A stretch of 62,000 bases of DNA, from positions 416,107 through 478,106 of the forward strand of contig NW_008806279.1 of assembly GCF_000400465.1 (NCBI RefSeq). The letters run 5' to 3'. Within the stretch, counting starts at the first letter, position 1; each line of letters opens with the position of its first letter. The notes beneath the pieces are model-generated. The model ran no database searches. It had not been told where the DNA came from and saw nothing but the letters and a program-made list of their open reading frames with translations. Source of the DNA: Wallemia ichthyophaga EXF-994 (Eukaryota; Fungi; Basidiomycota). The position numbers and the translations under genes are program-made. Shown one piece after another: positions 47,200-59,000 of the stretch.

Positions 47200-50100
47200 C
47201 TACCACTCCTCTTCATCCGCTCCTGGCTGCCGACGCTTTGAAAGTGCGGCTGCAAGATCATTTCCGAACCCAGCCCCTCCATTAGTTGGCATACTCATTT
47301 GAGGCGCATCACCAGGCGCATCACCATTCATACCTGGCTTTGGTTTTGGTTTTGGTGCTACAGCTGGCTTGGCCTTGACTGGCGGTGGTGCCTTCTTCGT
47401 CCCATTCGATGGCGCGCTCGTAGGAGCAGGAGCAGGCGCAGGCGCAGGAGCCGGTGCAGGTGCAGGTGGCACTGCCCTAGCTGCTGGCTTAGGCTGCTGC
47501 TGCGGCTGTGGTGCTTTATTCAAATACGTAGACGGACACCACCCCTCAACCCCTCTGTCATTCCTAACAAGCCACCAGCCTGTACAAATTACTTGTTAGT
47601 TGCATTCCCTTTAAAACCGCCGAACCAACCTGACGCATCCTGATTCAAAACTTCTACTACTTCATCTTTCCCTAGTGACAGCTCCCCACTTTCTTGGGTA
47701 TCGAAGGGATGGACACTTTTCCACAGGTCCTTTGCCGGCGAGGCAGGTCTGGCCGGTGGCCGTGGTGGAGTGGCGGGAGTAGGTGCTGGTGCTGGTGCTG
47801 GAGGAGCTGCTGCCGCACCTTTACCTCCACCTCCTGCCTTGGTCCCAGCCTCGTGCACAGCTGGCACTGGAGGTGTTGTCCTGACCGCTGGTGCAGGCAC
47901 CGGCGTACTCAACGAAGGCTTACCTTTCCCTCCAGGTAACGGAACACTGCGTGGTGCTGCTGTTGACCTTGGCGCTCCCCTCTTGGTAGCCATCTTGGCT
48001 GGTCGCGCTTTTCGTGGAACAGGTGGTCTCGACACACTTGATGCTGGCTCTCCACCTCCAATAGTAATAGTGTGAGATTTGTATCCTGCGCCGCTGATCT
48101 TCTCCTGTGCCTTCACTGCCGATGTGTCCCCTTTGACTGCCTTGATCTGCGCCTTTTTGTCCTTCTTTTTGGTATAATCGATAGTTGGTCCTGCGTTTAC
48201 AGTTATCGTCCCACCTGCGACTCTATTTAGCTGGGTGACAAGCTCAGTCTTGAACTTGACTATTAATATTGGGTCGCCTTCTTCAGTAGCTCCCAAGTTG
48301 AGCACTATAAAGTCATCTTGAAGATTGGAGAATGAAACTCCTTTGACCGAACCTACGAGGATCTTACGTTCTACAGTCGTTCCTTCTTTGGTGGTCACGA
48401 CAATGTAGAATGCTTTATTCGTCAAGACTATGAACCTCGGACTTGGTTTTGACGTTCTTCCCAACCTAGAAACCATGATCTCTGCGCGAGAGGAGAAAGA
48501 TACTGGCTCTGCCTTGCCAATCCCACAGGTGCGGCTGAGCATTTCACCAGTAGGACTACCGCCGTTGACGTCCAAGTAATCACCCATGAATCTTCTCTGA
48601 CTGACTAGTGAGAATTTTCTTCTCTCCTTTCTATTGTCCAGCAATTGGTGTCCGTATGTTCTTATTTTCTCATAAGCGATACCCTCCTTCTTCGACATCC
48701 AGAATCGTTGGATCTTCTGCGCGCTCTCTTGTCTTCTACGGAGATAGGCACGCCATGAACGCTGGATCTTACTGGCCATGTTGTGCCAGTATTTGTCTCT
48801 CATAGTTTCCAAAGCGAAAAGTGTTTCAGGATTCTTGATGAATGCCTTTGTTATACCCAACTGCCATTCGTCCTTGGCTATGCCGGTGTCAGTGAGCATC
48901 TGTGCGCATCCAGATCTAGCGTCTCCCTGCCAGATATAATCGCCTGCGTAACTGGTAGATGGGGATAAGAGGTAAAATCGTTCAATCATTTTTTCAAAAG
49001 AATTTCTATACGCAAATCCTGCTCTTCTAACTCTTATATTCTCTTGCAATCCTAGATATTTAATTTGGTGAAGTATTGCAGCATCGTCGTACTCTGTGGG
49101 TGATCTATTTGAATTGGGTTTAATGGTACGTATGTAAGATGGCTGAGATGCCATAAGCTTTTCCACTAGCAAGTTTGCAGATACCTATATCGAGTGAGCT
49201 TGGGGCACAACTTTTACGGCAATGACTCACTTTAATTCTGTCACCGGCAGTAGGTGGTCTCTTTTTCGAGTTAGGATCAGGTCTCTCTGGGAACAATCCT
49301 TGTAGGAATGAATTGCTAGATTCGTCGATAAGGTTCAAAAGATCCTTCAACAGTGCATCTTTATTCTTGTCTGTCATTTGCTGGATGTTGTAAGTGACAT
49401 CACCTGCATAATGCTTGATGACAAATTTAGATCCGCGGAGGTTGAAGTGCGGGTTGTTCGAGACCATGTTCAGACGTTGGGCAAATGAGTTGTCAGCCGC
49501 GGCGGGGTCCGCATGGGCAGTAGCACATGCATCGTTGAGTGCAGCAAAGATACCAGGGGGACGCTTCTCTTCAATCAAATCACAGACAATCTTGTTGTTG
49601 AAGAACTTGATAGGCTGCCATTGAATCTGTTCCATGGCATACTCTTCCTGTTCTTTCTTGAGAGTCAGCTCGATGAAGATCTGCTGAAGCTTTTCGTTGA
49701 CGTAGTTGATACAGAGCTGTTCGAAAGAGTTATCGTCAAAAATCTCAAATCCGTAGATATCAAGAATACCGATGACGTAGTCGCTCGCTTGAGCTGGTGC
49801 AAGAGATCTATTGATACGGCTAACGATCCACTCGAACAGGTTGTTGTATATGGCTTTGGAAAAAGCATCGCGAACTGAGGTGGCCTGAGCTGGGTTGAGG
49901 GGCACTTCATAGACTGATCCACGTCTACCACCTCTCTGAGTTTCCATGACGCGACACGTGACTGCCTTTTCTAACGATGCCTTACTCACTTGGAGCAGGT
50001 AAGCGATGAACTCGAGTGTGTCTGGGTCGTCAGGTTGGGCATTTCCGTCATCGTTTTCAACAAAGACTATGTTACCGAGCCAAAGGATCGAGGCAAGCAT

Positions 50101-51155
50101 TCGGAAGATCTCGTTTTGCTCTTCGCCGCTAAGACCTATTATGTTCATTGCGTCGATTGTCTCTGAGAAGTCTTTTTCGTCATTGATACCGGCTACATCC
50201 AAGCAACCAGCGCGGGAGGTATACACATAAGCGTCAGGGCCTTGTAAACCGAATGCCTCTGGTAGCGCGTGTGAGCGAAGGAAGTGTAAGAAGAGCTTGC
50301 ATACCTCTCTGTGCTTGGGAAGCACCCTTTGTGAGCTGATAGAATATGTGGAAGTCACGTTCGTCGTTAATTTGACCAACAACACGGCCCTGAGTGATGT
50401 TAAAAAGAGCACTATCAATTAAACAGTTTTCCCACCTTTTCCAGCAAGTAGTTAGTGATTCTGGCACCAACAGGCTCGCCAGAACGATTGAACATAATCT
50501 CGAGATACTTTCCATGTCTACTTGAGTTGTTGTTTCTGAGCGTCTTTGCACAACCGAAGCTCTCAAGCAAGGGGTTTGTAGCTAGGACCATATCCTTGAT
50601 ACCCTGGATCGAACTATCATGACCGCCAGAGACTTCAGCGATATACTGCATGATGCGTTTGGCAGCCTCAGTCTTACCGGCACCAGATTCACCGGAGATG
50701 ATAACGCATTGGTTCTCCTGATACGCGGACATATTGTAATACATGGATTCGGCAATAGCGTAAACGTGTGGGGTCATTTCGAGCCTGTTCTTGCCCTTGT
50801 AAGAGCGAAGGATGTCTTCCGTGTAAATGCCCAAGTCTTTGAATGGATTTATTGAAATCAATACGTGTCCAATGTACGTGTAGATCTCGCCAACTTGGAA
50901 ACGTTTCTTGAGATTTTCGTTGATGGATTCATTGGATATGGTCGTAAGGAGCGTCATGTCAGAAACGCCAGCTTGCTTCTTCTTGAAGCTGTCCTTCCAA
51001 TCTGCCTGTAGCGATCATCAGCCACTGCTGTGATGCGCTGTTATACAACCGACCTTGGCTATTTGCTTATCAGGCTTTGCTTTGTTCCCAGATTTCTTTG
51101 AAATAGCCTGTGCAACTCATTAGATTGATTTTAGCCTATGCGCGTCACTCACCAT
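47200..51155 (-). CDS. MYO1: Class I myosin (motor, IQ, TH1, SH3, acidic tail), multi-exon with ATG-only first exon
   Basis: [41 protein letters not shown]1 region, Pro/Ala-rich linker, SH3, terminal DEEEW*. Confidence 0.96.
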
Positions 51156-51912
51156 GACGTTGTAGTTCAAGGATTATCGCGCAGTTGAATTTGTCAATTA
51201 TTATCCTATGTATAATTATGAAGCATGTTGATTATATCATTTACCAGCTATTCGAGTGCTTTTGCCTCACATTCCATCACTCTTTTAAAAATTTCACCTT
51301 GTGACCACATTGCCTAAATGAATCCTTTGTTGCGAAAATTAATATTTGATTCACTCACAATTACTTAGTTACCGTTCTATACGCTTTTAAGGGGTACCTC
51401 ATTAAACGACCCCAGTGTCCAGGACTGATGCCGATGCGATCGGTCTAAGAGGTTCGAGCTGTCATAAAAAGTAAGATTTACACGCCTTGAATAGATCTAT
51501 GGGAGTATACTGTTTTATACCTGGATTTGTAAGAGTTTTGCGTCTATTCTCAGGGATTGTGTCCGTGTTTCATTGTTCAGGAGATATAACGCCGACTTCA
51601 ATATACTTCTAACATTTCAGCAAATCGGAAGTCTATATACAAATACTACATACAATCGAGATCACGAAGATATGCCACTGCGTATCATCTATTTTGGCAT
51701 ATGGGACATGGCGTGCCGAATCAACAGGCCAAACAAGTTGTGTTAAAGTCAATTTTCCCCTTAAATTTCAAGGGGGAGGACGTCTGACACTTTGTTTGAA
51801 ATTGGTCGCTCACTCAGGCACCCACCCGCCGCTCCGAGACTTGCATTGTGAAATTGGCCGGGTTGAAACAACTTACGTGTGCAGTCGCATCTTCATTTGA
51901 AAAGCAACATCA

Positions 51913-53366
51913 ATGCAAAATGAAATCCAGCACGCCAAACACAGCAGCAGCGCATCAGGCGGAGGCGCCAGCATCAGCATCAGTTCCCACAAATTAGTGC
52001 CCTCAGCGGCATCATCGAGCGTTTCCAATATCGATGACGCTTTCTTATCAGCCCAAAATGCCTTCCAGGGATGGAAAAGACTACACACGATTAGCGCAAA
52101 GACATTCTTCTAAAAGCAGCTCACATCACCAGAAAACGGGTAAGTGAAATGCACAAAGCGTATACGTCTGAACAAGAAATCAACAAGTACTTTGTTCAAT
52201 ATCTCGTCATCGCCGCGTGCCATCTAATCGAAGCAACTGCTAGTGTTATTGCGGCCGCTGTGACAGAAGACATACCACCAAACAGGCGCGAAAACGATGA
52301 TAATTACCTCTTTAAACGGGAACTACTGGGAATCTACCTGACAATGGCGCCGTGGAGCGTGCCGATCAATTTTTCCATCAAACCCATCATTAATTGCTTT
52401 GGCAGCAGGCAGCACAGTACTCGTGCGCAACTCTGCAATCACGCTTAAAATTCAGCTCATCTGGCACAGCATCTTTCAGGAAGCCGGGTTGCCTGATGGT
52501 TGTCTTAACATTATCCACAGCTCCCGCGAAAGCACACCTTCGGTAATCGAGAAGATTCTCGCTGACAATCGTCTCAGAGAAGTCTGCTTTAGTCGCTCAT
52601 CGAATCTTGGTAGGCAGATGGGTAGATTGTCAGACTACTATTTGAAGCCTTCCGAACTGGAGGCGAGTTGAGTATTGAGTTTTAGTGAAAACACCTCTCT
52701 AATACTCTATCAGATCGTTGGAACGTGTTCAATTATAGTGCTTAATGAGGCATATCTCCCCACAGCCGTCAACAACACATTTTATTATGTCTGGTTTAAT
52801 TCCGGACATGTGTGCAAATCTGTGGAGAGGGTGATTGTAGGTTCATCTTCATACTAGAAGCTTATTGAGAATTTCAAGAGGATTGCCCCACCACCATCCT
52901 CCTCATCGATCGCTATGTCTAGCCGACGAAACTCCCATAAGGCACCGAGATCGTCGTTGGCAGCTGGCCTCTATCAAAGGTCGACATTGAGTCGAACAAA
53001 CTTCCAAACATCCTCCTCACTGATGTCAATTCTGGTATGGCAAAATGACAGGATACATTCGGACCTCTTGCAATCATCCAGAAATCAAAGCAGAAGGAGG
53101 GAGTGAGGGAAGATGATACTATCGGGAACCAAGCAAACGATACACACTGCGGATCGACCACTAGTGTCTAGTCGAAGAATATCGATCGCGCTCTTAAGTT
53201 CGGCAGGAGTATCGATGTCAGCGTGCTGTATATCAATGAAGGTCTCATCGGTATTAAAGGCGTAGGTCTGTCTGCAGGATCTAAGGACCCGGCCGAGGGC
53301 TTCAAGAACAGCGCAGAAGGTATTAGACAATTCACTCAGATCAAAACACATACCATCGCTTTGTAA
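51913..53366 (+). pseudogene. Decayed aldehyde dehydrogenase pseudogene
   Basis: Residual ALDH segments: AQNAFQGW, RKDILLKAA, KRELLGIYLTMAPW, ALAAGSTV, EAGLPDGCLNII, ELE, FNSGHVCKSVERVIV, TFGPLAII, ANDT, KNIDRALKFG. Frameshifts near 52100 and 52395 and an in-frame TAG at 53169-53171. Start approximate. Confidence 0.85.
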
Positions 53367-53439
53367 TTAGCTTCTTTCTAAAGTAGTTTATTTAAACAAA
53401 GCTGCTAGGGATGTAAGGAGTGCTTAATGTGACTAGTGT

Positions 53440-54100
53440 CGTGTTCCGATTTGTAATGACATGTTGCAGAAAGAGCAAATAGCTATCTTGAAATACACAT
53501 TCATAATATTACGACATCTGCGATTTCAACGCACTCTTTACTAGACATTTACTATCGTTATTTGACTTCCTTATTCACTTAGTTAAGCCATATCCCCGAT
53601 TTCAGAGTTGAGGCGACCCCACATTTTCTCCCAATCAATTACATTCAATAGAATTGCAACAATCTTGAATGTCAACAGATTTTCCCTGGAGCCATATTAG
53701 ATTCCTGTGGACGCTATGTTCCGGAAAATGTAAATCGCGTTTATAGAGCCGAATACTTGAGGATTTTTGAGTGCTTGTACTTTCAGCCAGCTAGAAAGGC
53801 TCGTTTTTATCAACAGAATGCGTCAAGTCTTCACTATATATACCCTATAGCATGCCACAGAGCGATGTCGGATTCCAATTTCCGAAAAGACTGCAGGGCG
53901 CAATTAGAGGCTCAGGGATATAGTTCTAGCAACATCTTTAAAATATCATTCAGAGCTATTTATAACTATTTTGCATTTGGAGATCACCAAAACTTGTAAA
54001 TCAGCCATCTGAGATGAGATAGGCGTTAGTCGAGAAATCCAGCTTAGGAGATATTGAGGGATGGTTGATATAGAGATGTATTTTTTATGCTGAATATGTC
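53440..54100. repeat. Dispersed degenerate repeat, copy B of 3 (most diverged)
   Basis: CCTGTGGACGCTATGTTCCGGAAAATGTAAATCGCGT at 53704, GTTAAGCCA...TTTCAGAGTTGA at ~53582-53610, and TTTGGAGA...CCAAAA...AATC..CCA..TGAGAT at ~53977-54018 are colinear with copies A and C. Confidence 0.72.
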
Positions 54101-55099
54101 ATGAAATTGATGTTATCGCTAAATTGTTCAAATTGTCAGGATATGATGTCTCTGCGTTCGGTTTCTACACTTTCCTTGGTAATTTTCAGGACTTCTCGAA
54201 CATAATTTATTCAATAGAATATCTCTTATTACTGCAAGCGTCTTTAAGTACTAAGACAAATACTCAATTTACCCTTTAATCCCATGAAATCATCTTGAAG
54301 TCATTAGGTATAAAGAGATGAGTCCTGGATGAGTGCTTGTGGGGTGGGACACTAGGAATGACTTTGGTGATATATTAATGTATGTATGAATATCCTTTAC
54401 TCATCCATGACACAATAATTCTGTAAGTGAGCGGACAACAAAAAGGACAAAGAATGGCAGACTGAATCAATCAAATTATAAGTGAAAGAGGCAAGAGAAG
54501 CATTTTCATCTCGCAAATATAGACAAGATAATAATCGGGGCTTTGAAACCATGGTACCAACCATATTGAGTGATGGATTTGTGGTTGAAGAGAGTTCACA
54601 GGGTGGTCGATGAATCAAGCAAATATATCATTAAAGTAAAACGATAATGTCTTAATTTCCCCAAGACCAAATGCAAAAACAGGTGATAATGATATGACAA
54701 TGCCTTTGATATCTAAGAAAAACTTAGCAACCTGCGAAGCAATAAGACGACTACAGACTCGGACTTGATTGAGATGTCTTTCACTAGTTCACCTGTAGCA
54801 TTGTTAATCAACCAGTTGATCATCGCAGAGCAGCGATAGCTCAGAGACGGTCAAACACTCGCAAAATTTTGGAGTCGGTACATTTATCAAGTCAAATACA
54901 TACACTGAGTACTCTATCATAGCTGGATTATTACCTTATTCTCAACACATCACATATGTAAAACTCGTCAACTCCAGGTTGAGAATAGCCTCCTCAATCA
55001 CGTGTTAGTTTTAGCGCTTTAATTAATGCAAAACTGAGAAATAATGATATAATATTGTCGAATTTGACGTTGCAATTAGTTCGAGAGTGGTTTTATCGT

Positions 55100-55875
55100 G
55101 TGATTAGCGCTTTGTAATGCACTGTGCTCCACCTGTTTTATGTGATACGTCGTAAGAAGAATAATTTGAGTTCAAAAATACAAATTAATACTATACCATT
55201 TCTACAATTACGACGCAGCCTTAATCACCTTCACACCGCCATTATTCGAAATCTCGAAATGCACTGGTCAGAAGTCAAACCTCCGATTTTAGAGTTAAGC
55301 TGAACCCCTTTTTTTTTGCTGCGTAAATAGCTTTCTGTGCATGGTGACCTTGGGTGGCCTTAATTTTTCCCTGGAGCTAGCCTTGAGCCCTGTGGACGCT
55401 ACGCGTCGGAAAATATAAAACGCGTCTAACAGACTGTGAAATTGAGATATTTGGGTGGTTGTAGTCTCAATCAGCTTCAAATAACAGTCAATGACAAATG
55501 GGCGTGTCATAATCTCCGTAAAGGCTTTATTGACTGCTCCAGAGCAATGTCAAATTGCCACTTCTTCTCTTGCAGAGCGCGATAGGAATCCCAGAGATAC
55601 TGTTCTAACAAAAGCTGCCAAAGCAAACTCTGAGCTAACAAACAAGCCTTTCTGTATGAAGAGTTCCAAAACTCGTAAATCGGCCAGTTGAGATCTGATC
55701 ACTGCCATCTGGAAATTTCAAGTCGATTGACAGAGAGTGGGTAAATAAAGTGAATATTTGTTCAGAATGCCTGGTTTGGATTATAATACTGGTGCAGCTA
55801 TATTGCTAAATTGCGCAGAATGTCATTATGGGACATCGCAATAGTTATCTTCCCGTTTCTTTTGCCATTTGCAGA
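55100..55875. repeat. Dispersed degenerate repeat, copy C of 3
   Basis: Colinear with 11783-12545, from TAGCGCTTTGTAAT (55105) to GACATCGCAATAGTTATCTTCCC (~55832). Confidence 0.8.
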
Positions 55876-56027
55876 TTAACTTGGGCAAAGTAAGCTCCAT
55901 TAGGCGACGGCTGCTGCACCACGCTATCTGGCTTACAAAACAGAACACTCACACAACCCCGTCTATCTCTTCTGAGGAGGAAGAATCATTCGCGAGAATT
56001 CAAAAAATATAAATAAATAAGCATAAT

Positions 56028-59000
56028 CTAACCATTTACAACAACTCGCTCCATGAACGATCCAATGATAACAGGCAGTCTTCTCTCTGTAGCGTTTAGA
56101 ACGCTCTTGCTGCGGTCGACGACGGCGTTAAAGTCTTCTGCCAGTGCGCCGCTGATGTCTCTCTTGAGGGTGGCCGAGCTAGAGGTGGAGGTAGAGGAAG
56201 GGGTGGAGGAGCGATTGAGCGATGAATACCCCGCGCCACCGACCTTAGTCCACATGGCCATCTGTGTAGCGGTAAGGACGAGGGTAGCTTCAAGGACGCA
56301 TTTTGCGCGTCCCGTTTCCTCACCGTGCGACTCCTTCTGGCCGCTCTTAAGGTTATCGATGCAGTAGCTAGCGAGGTCGAGCAGCGTGCCTACGGAGGCC
56401 ATCTCGCCCATATTGATGTTCGCGTTCTGGGGTGTGTGTGTTAGTTTGAGAGTTACCTCACGTATAATACACGCACGGGCTGGACCAGTGCATACGACTC
56501 AGCAGGCCATTCGGGTCTTTGGCGTGTGAGGACGGCGAGACAGTCGAGAGAGCTAGTGAGGCCTAAGAGGACATCTTGCGTAAGTGCTACGAGCGCATCA
56601 AGGAGACCGTCACTAAACTCTCTCTCACCGCCATGCAGACGCTCACGCTCGTGTGCCGTAAGTGGCTCGACAAGCTGCAGGACGAGGTGCGGGTGCGTTA
56701 GGCCATATGTGAGCTGCTGGAGGAGGTGCATGGCGCGCAGGTTGAACGCATGCAGGACTGCCTTGCTAGGCTGTGAGCGGTGGCCGTAAGACGTCGTCTG
56801 TGCGTAGTGCTCCGAGTTGGCTATCGATGCGAACAGTCCAACCGTCAAACGGAGCTCTTCGACTGTAGCGAGGTTGAACGGCGTCTCGGTGTTCCAAGAT
56901 AACACTCCCGCTAACTGCGCGCCGCTGAGCTGAATCTGTCGCAGGAGCGTTAGCATACACGCACTCATTCTCACTCATACGCTAGTAACTTACAAAGCCG
57001 ATTATCTCCACATCGATCAATTGCGAGCTGCCGCCTAGAACGTGTATGAGGGCGGTGAGAACGGAGAGCATACGGCACCATGCCGTATGCCATGGATTGC
57101 GTGTGGCCATGTATGCAGGATCGCACGACAGCACAGCTCCCTGCTCGGCAAGGCCGGCGAGAGTGGACGAGGCGTATGCTGCAACAAGGCCATCTAGCGC
57201 CAAGCGCTCAGCGGCGGGTGGGAAAGACGCAAGGATGAGGTGGAGGTCTACGACAGCCTGCAGGAACGGTGGCCGAGAGGTGATTTGCGCATCAACGTCA
57301 TCCTCCGCCATTCCTTCGTCCATGATATCCATTGCGTCTGCTGCCATCGCATTAGCGGCAACGTCGCTGGTCGGCTGCGGAGCTGCGTTGACAGGTATTT
57401 TGCTGAACACATCTAGCGACAGCCGTACCACATCGGCTTCCACCAGCAAAGGCAGCCAGTAAGCGACGTTGGGAGCCAGTGGGTTCTTGACTATTGCCAT
57501 AAATGTCATCACTAGCAGATCGAATTCCTCGTCACTGCTGGTGGTGCCACCGTCTTTGGCCGCTTCTAGCGATGTCGCCATGCAGGTGATAACAGTAGCG
57601 AGTAAGTCGCGGCATGCACTGCCCACCTGTCTGCTCTTCTCCTTAGTAATATCTACTTGTGCAGCTGCGTGCATGGTGAGGAAGACGATCTGCATCGCTT
57701 GAGTGTGGAAAGGCGGCGTGAGGTTACCCCTGCAGCTATCGACGACAGGCATAGAAGGGAGATTAACCATTCTCTCTACGTCGATGATGAGCTGAGCGGG
57801 GTTGAACTTGTCAGCGTGAGTGTGAGTGTCAGCTCCCCGCCTTTTCTTTAGTCCCAGCTCGAGCAACTTGAGTATGAGCGTGAGGCGCTCGGCGTGGACG
57901 CCCACCATGACACTGCCCTGGCGCGACTCCGATGCAGCTTCGCCGGCGGCGCGAATTGCGCAGAGAGAGGCGGGCGTGTCGCTACCACTGCTACCATTAC
58001 TGTCATTGACACTGATCGACGCACACGCCTTCTCGACAAAGCCAACGACACTGCGGGTAAACGCTATTTGTGCATCGACGATGCTCCAGTCGAGGTTAAG
58101 TTGCATGATGTGTTCCATGGTTGCGTGCACGAGATCGCCATCGACGGCGGCCTCGCCAGCACCGTCACCGTCTAGATCGCCAGGATCACCGGCCGACGCT
58201 ACAAACCCATCCAGCTTCACCTTGAGCAATGCAGTGTTGAAGACGTACTCGGAGCCGAAGTGGGTGACGGCATTGTGAGTGTGAGTGAGAGTGTGCATGT
58301 GAGTATGAAGGTGATTGTGGTATTGCGACAGATCCAGCCCGTCGAAAGCGAGCTGAATGCTAGAACGGGTAGTGGAATGCAAGGGTGTGTCAAAGCTGTT
58401 CACCATGGCAGCATCGACGAGTTGGCCGAGATTTGCAGCGAGGCGAGCGGTGCAATGCGCACTCGCACTTGCATTTGCACCAGTACCAGCGGCGGTCTCG
58501 CCCGCTACTCTGCGTCTATCGCTAGAGATGATCGACAGGGCGGCTGCGGATGCTGAGCGGCGGTGAGCGTAGGCGGCGACAGCGACACTGAGGGCGGTGG
58601 CGGAAGTGGAAGCGGTGTAGGCTGATGTGTCACCGTCGTCCCCGTCTATGAGCGACTCGGTGTCATGCGTGTGTGTGGGCGGTACACGCCCCGCATCTTT
58701 CTCCCCTACGTCTCCTATCTGACCCCAGAAGCGCTCGTCGCTGCGCAGCCCGGCTACTGCAGACAGCTGTCCATCGAGATGAAGCCAGACGGTGTCGAGG
58801 AAATGCAACACGGCGCTGAGGAGCGCTGGGGCAGCATCGTATAACTGCGGCTGTGGGGGTGTTGGAAAAGGGGGTCAAAATAAGAGCTTGAACATGCTGC
58901 TACTCACCCATATCTCCACGTTCTCAGAAGCGATATCCAAAGCAGTCTTTTGTAGCTCCTTCTCACCTAAGTTTAGCTTTAAGTTATCCTTAGTGTTATC

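Noticed and set aside
51153-51155. ATG-only first exon of MYO1
   Set aside because: Start-codon micro-exons are common in fungal genes; not novel.
51440-51470. GGTTCGAG resembling a tRNA T-loop/B box
   Set aside because: No cloverleaf, A box or acceptor stem can be built.
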